A DNA stretch of 63,957 nucleotides from Bacteroidota bacterium (GTDB taxonomy: Bacteria > Bacteroidota > Bacteroidia > Bacteroidales > FEN-979). The first letter of the stretch is position 1. Every line of letters begins with the position of its first letter. Below the pieces are notes generated by a model, which did not search any database, had not been told where the DNA came from, and saw only the letters and a program-made list of their open reading frames with translations. The DNA is taken from NCBI GenBank assembly GCA_037131145.1, contig JBAXRP010000002.1, positions 1-63,957 on the forward strand, in the 5' to 3' direction. Positions 56,397-63,957 of the stretch are shown in pieces. The translations under genes were made by a program, and so were the position numbers.

Positions 56397-56598
56397 TTTT
56401 TTCATTTTATTGATCCGGATTTATCAGGGAGCTATTTCTCCATATTTGATGCCTTCATGCCGCTATTCACCCAGTTGTTCGGCTTATGGAATTGAAGCTA
56501 TTCGCAAATACGGTCCATTGCGCGGAGGATGGCTTACCCTGAAAAGAATTGGACGTTGTCATCCGTGGGGAGGCAGTGGATATGATGCGGTTCCCTGA
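56377..56598 (+). CDS. yidD: membrane protein insertion efficiency factor YidD
   Basis: 73 aa. YQ..ISP......[12 protein letters not shown]...G...G..L...RI.RCHP. Confidence 0.92.
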   Translation: MKKLPGSFFILLIRIYQGAISPYLMPSCRYSPSCSAYGIEAIRKYGPLRGGWLTLKRIGRCHPWGGSGYDAVP

Positions 56599-56667
56599 AA
56601 ATGTAACTTCAAAAAAATAGAATTGCAGACATTTACAAGATTACCTAACCAACCAAATCCGCGTTTT

Positions 56668-58467
56668 ATGAAAAAGCAACAATTATCATTCATCCTGTTT
56701 GTATTGCTGCTATTTACAATTGTTCAGCTTTCAGGACAGGTTTCTATAAACACAGATGGCAGTTTTCCCGATAATTCGGCTATTCTGGATGCAAAAGCAA
56801 CAAATAAGGGGTTCTTACCACCGCGTGTCACCCTCACCGCAATTAATTCAGCACAACCCGTTACATCTCCCGCCATTGGTTTGTTTGTCTATAATACCGC
56901 AACCAGCGGCAGTCCGCCAAACAATGTAACCGCTGGTTATTACTGTTGGGCAGGAACAAAATGGATTCCCGTTTTGCCTATACAGGGAACAAATAATGGA
57001 GATATGCAATATTGGAATGGAACTACCTGGATTCTGGTTCCAGCAGGTTTGCATGGACAGCAAATGTACTTTTGCAACGGAGTTCCAACCTGGGGCGGAT
57101 GTAGCCCGATACTTACAACCACGGCAGTTTCCAACATTACCCCAACCTCGGTTACGAGCGGAGGGAATATCACTTCGGACTGTGGAGCGCCCGTGACAGA
57201 TCGAGGCGTCTGCTGGAATACATCAGCAAATCCCACAACGGCAAACAGCCGTACTTATGATGGTAGTGGAACAGGAACGTTTGCAAGCAATCTCACCGTA
57301 CTCACTCCTGGTACCACATATTATATCAGGGCGTTTGCCACAAACAGCAATGGAACAGCTTATGGGAACGAGGTAATTTTTACTTCATTTGCGCCATTAG
57401 GCTCCTGCGGTTCATTAACAATTAACCATCTGGTTTCAGGCGGCGTTGCCCCCGTTGACAAAACTGTAACATACAGTACAGTTACAAATGTTGTTGGAGA
57501 ACCTTCAAAATGCTGGATAACACAAAACCTTGGCGCCGATTATCAGGCATATTATAATACAGATTGCTGGGAAAACGTTTCAGGATGGTACTGGCAGTTT
57601 AACCGTAAAAAAGGTTACAATCATGATGGTACAACTGTAACGCCATCATGGACAATAACCAGCATCTTTGAAAATTCGGATTGGATTGCCGCCAACGACC
57701 CATGTAAAATTGAACTGGGCGCTGGCTGGCGAATACCTACAAAAACAGAATGGGGAAATATTGACGCGGCTGGTAACTGGTCAAACTGGAACGGACCATG
57801 GAACTCTGGCTTATTTCTTAACGCTGCCGGATACCTTGCCTCAAGCAATGGTTCTAAGTCCGAATGTGGCTCCTCCGGACATTACTGGAGCAGTTCGCAG
57901 GGCTCCACAGGACAAGGAAAGCACATGAATTTTTACATTAACGGCGCCGGCGTCGAATTTGGCGAAAAGGCGAACGGACAATCTGTACGCTGCATTAAAG
58001 ACGTAGTTAGCGCTTTCTCCATCGGTCAAAGCTATGGGGGTGGAAAAATCTTCTATATTGATGCCACGGGGCAACACGGACTTATTGCCGCAACAGGTAA
58101 CCAGGCTACTGAAATACAATGGTATAATGGAAGTTTTATTTTAACTGGGGCTTCAGGGACTGGAATAGGCGCCGGCAATGCAAATACAAATTTGATTGTG
58201 GCTGGTCAGGGAGCGGGAACTTATGCTGCAAAAATATGCTTCGATTTAGTGTTGAATGGCTACAGCGACTGGTATCTGCCAAGCAAAGATGAATTGGACC
58301 AGCTTTATATTAATCGGCTTGCAGTTGGCGGTTTTACCAGCAATGCTTATTGGAGTTCTTCTGAGGATAACATCAACAATGCCTGGAAACAACACTTCGA
58401 TTATGGCTTTCAGTACAATACTGGTAAGTACTACTTATATTCTGTGCGTGCAATCAGGGCTTTTTAA
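56668..58467 (+). CDS. secreted mosaic protein: conserved N-module, Fn3-like module, FISUMP-like module, DUF1566 (Lcl C-terminal-like) module
   Basis: The ATG at 56668 gives signal MKKQQLSFILFVLLLFTIVQLSGQ; the track start at 56623 is TTG. FISUMP-like segment WRIPTKTEWGNI...YWSSS...SVRCIKD. DUF1566-like segment DWYLPSKDELDQLY...YWSSSE...SVRAIRAF. Confidence 0.8.
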   Translation: MKKQQLSFILFVLLLFTIVQLSGQVSINTDGSFPDNSAILDAKATNKGFLPPRVTLTAINSAQPVTSPAIGLFVYNTATSGSPPNNVTAGYYCWAGTKWIPVLPIQGTNNGDMQYWNGTTWILVPAGLHGQQMYFCNGVPTWGGCSPILTTTAVSNITPTSVTSGGNITSDCGAPVTDRGVCWNTSANPTTANSRTYDGSGTGTFASNLTVLTPGTTYYIRAFATNSNGTAYGNEVIFTSFAPLGSCGSLTINHLVSGGVAPVDKTVTYSTVTNVVGEPSKCWITQNLGADYQAYYNTDCWENVSGWYWQFNRKKGYNHDGTTVTPSWTITSIFENSDWIAANDPCKIELGAGWRIPTKTEWGNIDAAGNWSNWNGPWNSGLFLNAAGYLASSNGSKSECGSSGHYWSSSQGSTGQGKHMNFYINGAGVEFGEKANGQSVRCIKDVVSAFSIGQSYGGGKIFYIDATGQHGLIAATGNQATEIQWYNGSFILTGASGTGIGAGNANTNLIVAGQGAGTYAAKICFDLVLNGYSDWYLPSKDELDQLYINRLAVGGFTSNAYWSSSEDNINNAWKQHFDYGFQYNTGKYYLYSVRAIRAF

Positions 58468-58489
58468 CAATTTGTTACTCCTATAACTT

Positions 58490-60280
58490 ATGAAAAAGCT
58501 ACTATTATCAAGCATTCTGCTTCTATTACTATTATTTAACACCCTTCAGCTTTTATCGCAGGTTGCTATTACCACTGATGGCAGTTCTCCTGTTAATTCG
58601 GCAATGCTCGACGTGAAATCAACAACGAAAGGCTTGTTAATACCGCGAATGACCGCAACCCAGCGTGTCGGCATAAGTTCCGCTGTCAATGGATTACTGG
58701 TATATCAGACAGATGCGCCCTTAGGTTTTTACTATTATAATGGAACGGGGTGGATGTTTCTTGGAACCGGAGAAGGCGGTGGGGGAAATATGATTGATGT
58801 GGATGGTAACTCCTATCCAACGGTTAAGATTGGCAGCCAGGAATGGATGGCAGAAAACCTGAGAGTTACTCACTATCGCAATGGTGAAGCCATTCCTAAT
58901 GTAACAGACGATGTAGCGTGGGGCGGTCTTAGCGCCGGGGCATACTGCTGGTACAATAACAATGAGGCTTTGTATAAAATACCTTATGGCGCCTTATACA
59001 ACTGGTACGCTGTAAATGACATTCGTATTATCTGCCCCAAAGGCTGGCATATACCCACAAGCGCAGAATTTACTACCATGAAAACCTATCTGGGTGGAAA
59101 CCTCGTAGCCGGAGGGAAAATGAAAGCAGCAATACTTTGGGATGATCCCAACGCCAGCGCCACAAACGCGAGCGGTTTTTCTGCATTTCCGGGAGGCTCG
59201 CGATCCGGGAACTACTCCTACCTTGGCATCCTCGGAAACTGGTGGTTGTCAGATCAAGGGAGTTCTTACGGCGCATTTTATCAAGAACTTTATGCAAATA
59301 GCGCAATAGCTCAGGAGGGCTACTTACCAAAGGTAAACGGCTATTCCCTTAGGTGTCTTCGAGATGATGGATCTACAAAAATCCCTACGGTTAGTACAAC
59401 AGCGGTTTCCAATATCGGGCAAACTACGGTAGCCACCGGGGGTAATGTTTACAGTGATGGAGGAGCTGGCGTAACTGCCGTCGGCGTTTGCTGGAGTACA
59501 TCACAAAATCCGACAGTTACCGGCAACCATACTACCGATGGAAGCGGGATAGGAATATTTACCAGTAATATTACGGGACTTACGGCAAACACGGTTTATT
59601 ATATCAGAGCTTATGCTACAAATAGTGTTGGAACTGCTTATGGAAACGAGGTGAACTTTACAACCCTGATTGCTTTTTCCTGCGGATCTCCAATAACTAT
59701 TAACCATACAGCCGGCGTAGTAGCGCCAGTTACAAAAACTGTTATTTATGGCACCGTAACCGGTATCCCAGGAGAACCTTCAAAATGCTGGATTACCAAA
59801 AACCTGGGAGCAAGTCAGCAAGCCGCTACGGTAAGCGACGCCACCGAACCTTCCGCAGGCTGGTACTGGCAGTTTAACCGTAAGCAGGGTTATAAACATG
59901 ATGGTTCAGTGGCAACCCCTGCATGGACAATAAATATCATCAGCGAAAGCTCAGATTGGATAACTGCCAACGATCCATGTACTATTGAACTGGGACCAGG
60001 CTGGCGAATTCCAACCTCAACAGAATGGGAAAATGTTGACGCCTGGGGCAACTGGACCAACTGGAACGGACCTTTTAGCTCAGCCCTGAAATTACATGCT
60101 GCCGGAAACATCGTAAACAGCGATGGTTCGATGAGCGGTCGCGGCTCATACGGTTACTACTGGAGTAGTACGCCGGTAAACGCCGACTACGCCTGGCGAC
60201 TATACTTTAGCAGTAGTCTTAGCTACATGTTCAGTAACGTAAAGGCTTTCGGTTTTTCCCTCCGTTGCCTGCGAAACTAA
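58490..60280 (+). CDS. secreted FISUMP (Fibrobacter succinogenes major paralogous) domain protein, paralogue of the preceding gene
   Basis: 596 aa with a signal peptide. Canonical FISUMP block [10 protein letters not shown]...[13 protein letters not shown]...GGKMK...GFSAFPGG...SLRCLRD. An Fn3-like module and a second FISUMP-like module are nearly colinear with gene 56668-58467. Confidence 0.8.
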   Translation: MKKLLLSSILLLLLLFNTLQLLSQVAITTDGSSPVNSAMLDVKSTTKGLLIPRMTATQRVGISSAVNGLLVYQTDAPLGFYYYNGTGWMFLGTGEGGGGNMIDVDGNSYPTVKIGSQEWMAENLRVTHYRNGEAIPNVTDDVAWGGLSAGAYCWYNNNEALYKIPYGALYNWYAVNDIRIICPKGWHIPTSAEFTTMKTYLGGNLVAGGKMKAAILWDDPNASATNASGFSAFPGGSRSGNYSYLGILGNWWLSDQGSSYGAFYQELYANSAIAQEGYLPKVNGYSLRCLRDDGSTKIPTVSTTAVSNIGQTTVATGGNVYSDGGAGVTAVGVCWSTSQNPTVTGNHTTDGSGIGIFTSNITGLTANTVYYIRAYATNSVGTAYGNEVNFTTLIAFSCGSPITINHTAGVVAPVTKTVIYGTVTGIPGEPSKCWITKNLGASQQAATVSDATEPSAGWYWQFNRKQGYKHDGSVATPAWTINIISESSDWITANDPCTIELGPGWRIPTSTEWENVDAWGNWTNWNGPFSSALKLHAAGNIVNSDGSMSGRGSYGYYWSSTPVNADYAWRLYFSSSLSYMFSNVKAFGFSLRCLRN

Positions 60281-60352
60281 GTGGGTTCTACTGTTTCAAT
60301 GGGGGCGAGGCGGCAAGGTTCCGAGTAGTGAAAATTTGAAAATAAAAATAAA

Positions 60353-62083
60353 ATGAGAAGAAAAAAAATTGTTTGTATTGGGTTGATTGGGTTGATTGGG
60401 CTAATTTCTCCAGTTGTTTTTGGGCAAACGCCCGATCAACAGGGTTTTGAACTGATGAAAAATCTTGATATATATTCAAATGTTATCAAGGAGCTAAACC
60501 AGGATTATGTTGACGAAATCAATCCGGGGGAGTTGACAAAAACCGGCATTGAAGCTATGTTTAAGTCGCTGGATCCTTACACCAATTTTATACCAGAATC
60601 GGAAGTTGAGGATTATAAATTCATTACCACCGGTCAATATGGCGGCATCGGCGCGCTTATTCATCAGCACGGGGATTATGTGATTATTTCTGAGCCATAC
60701 CAAAATTCTCCGGCTCAGAAATTTGGACTGAAAGCCGGCGATAAAATTCTGGAAATAAATGGGAAGGAGGCAAAAGGTAAATCCTACGACGACGTCAGTT
60801 CAATTCTGAAGGGACAAGCCGGCACCACAGTTAATCTGCTTATCGAGCGCGAAGGCGAAGGTAAACCATTTGAAAAATCTATTACCCGCGAGATTATAAA
60901 AATTGACAATATCCCTTATTCGGGAATGGTTGACCAATCAACCGGGTACATTAAACTTTCGGGATTTACCCAGAATGCTGCAAAAGAAACCCGGCAGGCA
61001 TTTCTGAAACTCAAGGAAACCAACCCCGATCTGAAAGGAATAATTATTGATCTGAGAGGAAATGGAGGCGGTCTCCTAAATGAAGCCGTTGATATTGCAA
61101 ATATATTCGTGGAACGCGGACTTGAGATTGTTAGCACAAAGGGAAAAATGGCAGATAAAAACCGGGCTCATCTGACTATGAATCCTCCTGTGGATCTGAA
61201 TATTCCGGTTGTCGTTCTTGTTGATCGGTCAAGCGCTTCGGCAAGTGAAATTCTGGCAGGCTCACTTCAGGATCTCGACCGCGGCATAATAGTCGGGCAA
61301 CGCACTTTCGGCAAAGGGCTGGTTCAAAATGTTGTGCCGCTATCGTACAATGCCCAGATGAAGATTACTGTTGCAAAATATTATATCCCCAGCGGAAGAT
61401 GTATTCAAGCTATTGATTATGGACATAAACTGAACGACGGGTCATTCGGGAAGATTCCCGACTCCTTGATCCGGGCGTTTAAAACCAAAAGCGGACGGGT
61501 TGTTTATGATGGCGGAGGAATTAGTCCTGATGTAATTACCAAACCCATGAAATTCAGCAACCTGGCGCTAACTCTTTACAGCAAATACCTTATTTTTGAT
61601 TTTGCCACGGCTTTTGCTCGCGAACATCCGACAATTCCGCCCGCCGATGTATTCGCGATCAACGATACCATTTACAACGATTTCCTCGCCTACATCAAAG
61701 GAAAAGATTATTCTTACACAACCAGAAGCGAAAAAGCGCTTGAACTATTGAAAAATAACGCTCTGAAAGAAAATTATTTCGGAGCGATTAAAGATGAATA
61801 TGAGCATCTTAAATCGAGGATGGAATCTGATAAAAAAGATGACTTTAAAAAATATGAAGACCAGATCAGAGATTTGCTGAGGATGGAAATCGTTACCCGT
61901 TATTACTATCAGCAAGGTAAAATTTTATCGGCGTTAAAAGACGATCCTGATATTGCACAAGCCATTGCCACCCTTAAAGATCAGGAAAAATATATTGCAA
62001 TTTTATCGGGAAAATATGTTCAGCCAAAACCCGAAATTCCTGCGCCTGGCGATGTTGAAGACGAAGATAATACTGATGAATAA
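60353..62083 (+). CDS. S41 family C-terminal processing peptidase (with PDZ domain)
   Basis: 576 aa. PDZ segment (GLKAGDKILEINGKE) and S41 catalytic region (DLRGNGGG...SASASEILAG...GQRTFGKG). Confidence 0.92.
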   Translation: MRRKKIVCIGLIGLIGLISPVVFGQTPDQQGFELMKNLDIYSNVIKELNQDYVDEINPGELTKTGIEAMFKSLDPYTNFIPESEVEDYKFITTGQYGGIGALIHQHGDYVIISEPYQNSPAQKFGLKAGDKILEINGKEAKGKSYDDVSSILKGQAGTTVNLLIEREGEGKPFEKSITREIIKIDNIPYSGMVDQSTGYIKLSGFTQNAAKETRQAFLKLKETNPDLKGIIIDLRGNGGGLLNEAVDIANIFVERGLEIVSTKGKMADKNRAHLTMNPPVDLNIPVVVLVDRSSASASEILAGSLQDLDRGIIVGQRTFGKGLVQNVVPLSYNAQMKITVAKYYIPSGRCIQAIDYGHKLNDGSFGKIPDSLIRAFKTKSGRVVYDGGGISPDVITKPMKFSNLALTLYSKYLIFDFATAFAREHPTIPPADVFAINDTIYNDFLAYIKGKDYSYTTRSEKALELLKNNALKENYFGAIKDEYEHLKSRMESDKKDDFKKYEDQIRDLLRMEIVTRYYYQQGKILSALKDDPDIAQAIATLKDQEKYIAILSGKYVQPKPEIPAPGDVEDEDNTDE

Positions 62084-62092
62084 AGCCCCATT

Positions 62093-62581
62093 ATGGAAAC
62101 CTTTACACACACGTTTAATTATCAGGTATTTGAGACGAAATTTAATCTGCCTCTTTCCGATCTGGAACTTTTTCGAAAAGCGAAGGAAGCTGTGAAAACA
62201 TCTCATGCGCCATATTCGAAATACCATGTAGGAGCTGCGGTTCGTTTATCAAACGGGAAAATTTTCACCGGTAGCAACCAGGAAAATATCTCTTTTCCTG
62301 TGGGTTTATGCGCCGAACGCGTTGCAGTTTTTGCCGCTATGTCGGTATATCCCGACGTATCCATTGAGTCAATTGCAATTACGGCTGTTGCCGATGCGTT
62401 TGAAGTAGCGGAGCCGGTTCCGCCGTGCGGAATGTGCCGGCAGGCAATACTCGAATATGAGATGAAGTTTAACAATGCCATCAGGCTCATTTTTGGCGGC
62501 AATTCCGGTAAGGTTTTTATTATTGAAGGTATGCGGAATTTGCTTCCGTTAGCCTTCGAGGAGAAAGGTCTGGTAAAATAA
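62093..62581 (+). CDS. cdd: cytidine deaminase
   Basis: 162 aa. Zinc motifs CAERVA and PCGMCRQ. Confidence 0.92.
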   Translation: METFTHTFNYQVFETKFNLPLSDLELFRKAKEAVKTSHAPYSKYHVGAAVRLSNGKIFTGSNQENISFPVGLCAERVAVFAAMSVYPDVSIESIAITAVADAFEVAEPVPPCGMCRQAILEYEMKFNNAIRLIFGGNSGKVFIIEGMRNLLPLAFEEKGLVK

Positions 62582-62601
62582 ACCGAAGAAATATTCCAAC
62601 C

Positions 62602-63489
62602 ATGAAGTTCAGTTACAAAATATTATTGTTAGTTTTTATCCTGCCGATGTTTGCGATGAACGACGACAAACCCGCCTACCAGATTTATAATTCGAAGGGA
62701 AAGCAGGTTGATTATAAAGAAATGCTTAAAGCCGCTAAAAAATCGGATATTATCTTTTTCGGCGAATTGCATGATAATCCAATCTGTCACTGGCTTGAAC
62801 TGGAGTTCACCAAAGACCTGTATGCCGAAAAAGGGGTAAATCTGGTTCTTGGGGCGGAAATGTTCGAAACTGATAATCAATTGTTGATCAATGAGTATCT
62901 TTCGAAAATGATTAGGAAGAAAGATTTCGAGGCGGAAGCTAAAATCTGGCCTAATTATAAAAACGATTACGCGCCGCTTCTCGATTTTGCCCGTGAAAAA
63001 GGGGTGAAATTCACTGCCACCAATATTCCGCGACGTTATGCAGCGCTTGTTAATCAAAAAGGTTTTGAAGGACTTGACAGCATCAACGCGATGCAACGCG
63101 GACTAATTGCGCCTCTTCCTGTAAAATATCCTGATTCACTGGAATGTTATGCAGACATTGCCAAAAGCGCCGGCGAAGGACTATCTGCACATGCAGCGGC
63201 AAATCTGGGAAAAGCTCAGGCTATAAAAGATGCAACTATGGCTCATTTTCTGATGAAAAACGCTTTCAGCGACAAAACCATTCTTCATTTTAATGGATCA
63301 TACCACAGTGATAATTACCAGGGCATCGTATGGTACGTGAATCAAATAATTCGCAAAACCAGTTTTGAACCCAAAATACTCACTATTTCCTGCATAGAAC
63401 AGGAAAATATTGACACTCTTTCAAAGGCAGAGGTATCCAAAGCCGATTTCATTATCGTCATTCCGTCGTCAATGACGAAAACCCGGTAA
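62602..63489 (+). CDS. ChaN-family (haem-binding uptake, Tiki superfamily) protein
   Basis: 295 aa with a signal peptide. DIIFFGELHDNPICHWLE and the later GS.H motif are typical of ChaN/DUF399. Confidence 0.75.
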   Translation: MKFSYKILLLVFILPMFAMNDDKPAYQIYNSKGKQVDYKEMLKAAKKSDIIFFGELHDNPICHWLELEFTKDLYAEKGVNLVLGAEMFETDNQLLINEYLSKMIRKKDFEAEAKIWPNYKNDYAPLLDFAREKGVKFTATNIPRRYAALVNQKGFEGLDSINAMQRGLIAPLPVKYPDSLECYADIAKSAGEGLSAHAAANLGKAQAIKDATMAHFLMKNAFSDKTILHFNGSYHSDNYQGIVWYVNQIIRKTSFEPKILTISCIEQENIDTLSKAEVSKADFIIVIPSSMTKTR

Positions 63490-63510
63490 TCGCAACTACA
63501 TCAGCCGGGG

Positions 63511-63912
63511 TCAGGCGAAGGTGTAATAAGCGTTGATGAGGAAATTCCACAGGGTAACTACCAGTGTGGCTGCAAGTTTGGAAATATAAAAGTTCACTTT
63601 AAATTTTCCGGTCATTGCCCAGATAATCAACAGGTTGATCATCAAACCTATGAGCGCGATGATAAAAAAACGGGTAAACTCCAGCATTATGTTTGGATTG
63701 GTACTGTGAAATGTCCATATCCGGTTCATAAAATAGTTGGTTGTTGCCGCAAGCGCAAAACCACAGGTATTGGCGACGTATTTCTGAATTTTCAGAATTT
63801 CCTTGCAAATAAATGTAGTTCCGAAATCCACAAATACGCCTGAAAAACCAACCAGCGAAAATTTAATGAATTTAAGGAAAAAGGCTTCGGTGAAAAAGGA
63901 TGGAAGGTTCAA
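63511..63912 (-). CDS. GtrA-family membrane protein
   Basis: 133 aa with 4 TM helices. KF..VGFSG..VDFG...and W.F pattern. The only in-frame start is TTG at 63912, which lies in the last unit of the heptamer array. Confidence 0.8.
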   Translation of the reverse strand: MNLPSFFTEAFFLKFIKFSLVGFSGVFVDFGTTFICKEILKIQKYVANTCGFALAATTNYFMNRIWTFHSTNPNIMLEFTRFFIIALIGLMINLLIIWAMTGKFKVNFYISKLAATLVVTLWNFLINAYYTFA

Positions 63913-63957
63913 GGTTCAAGGTTCAAGGTTCAAGGTTCAAGGTTCAAGGTTCAAGGT
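63904..63957. repeat. perfect tandem heptamer (AAGGTTC), at least 7.7 units, truncated by the window end
   Basis: Exact repeats run to the last base of the window. On the gtrA coding strand they read (GAACCTT)n, and the TTG start codon of gtrA is inside the last unit. Confidence 0.95.

Noticed and set aside
62629-63096. 155-aa minus-strand ORF
   Set aside because: It is antisense to the ChaN-family gene, which has clear family motifs and a signal peptide.
1-63957. tRNA, rRNA, tmRNA, transposase, integrase or known defence-system genes
   Set aside because: I scanned the intergenic gaps for T-loop GGTTCGAATCC-type motifs and for the tmRNA terminal sequence. I also scanned the ORF translations for DDE, tyrosine-recombinase, Cas and restriction-modification motifs. 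None was recognised. Absence by eye is weaker evidence than a tRNAscan, Infernal or HMM scan.

Overview
This 63,957-bp window reads as ordinary chromosomal DNA from a Bacteroidota bacterium. The phylum call is an inference. It rests on type IX secretion (T9SS) type A and type B C-terminal sorting domains, a PorP/SprF gene, DUF4271-hemD synteny, lipoprotein-rich hypothetical proteins, TAnnTTTG-type -7 boxes, and the absence of Shine-Dalgarno sequences. I support 48 protein-coding genes at about 90 percent coding density, mostly on the minus strand. Housekeeping genes dominate: pyk, pfkA, GTP-type PEPCK, an aspartate-family aminotransferase, glyA, ppk1, priA, dnaK, panB, rluA-family, hemD-like, rnpA, yidD, cdd, an S41 protease, and a PduO-type adenosyltransferase. 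Accessory content is as follows. (i) Positions 192-5694 hold a patch of secreted and outer-membrane proteins, including a 792-aa repeat protein with an aromatic-rich block and an N/Q/R/G-rich tail. (ii) There is a cytoplasmic triple-PAS histidine kinase with a NarL-type regulator. (iii) There is a MacAB-like ABC exporter operon. (iv) A T9SS cargo island lies at about 33.1-49.6 kb. It contains PorP/SprF, a 2,966-aa protein with 31 PKD units and a type B sorting domain, two type A cargo proteins, and two unknown genes. (v) Two mosaic FISUMP/DUF1566 paralogues follow rnpA-yidD. I could not recognise any rRNA, tRNA, CRISPR array, transposase, integrase or canonical defence system. The least explained signal is non-coding. 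A roughly 100-bp MITE-like intergenic element occurs three times (17.9, 23.4 and 32.1 kb). Separately, perfect tandem 7-8-bp repeats sit in the leaders or spacers of minus-strand genes (gtrA, an FtsX permease, dnaK). No confident undescribed multi-gene system can be asserted from sequence alone. The best candidates are listed as findings, each with an explicit test. All family names are recalled from motif recognition and need HMM or BLAST confirmation.
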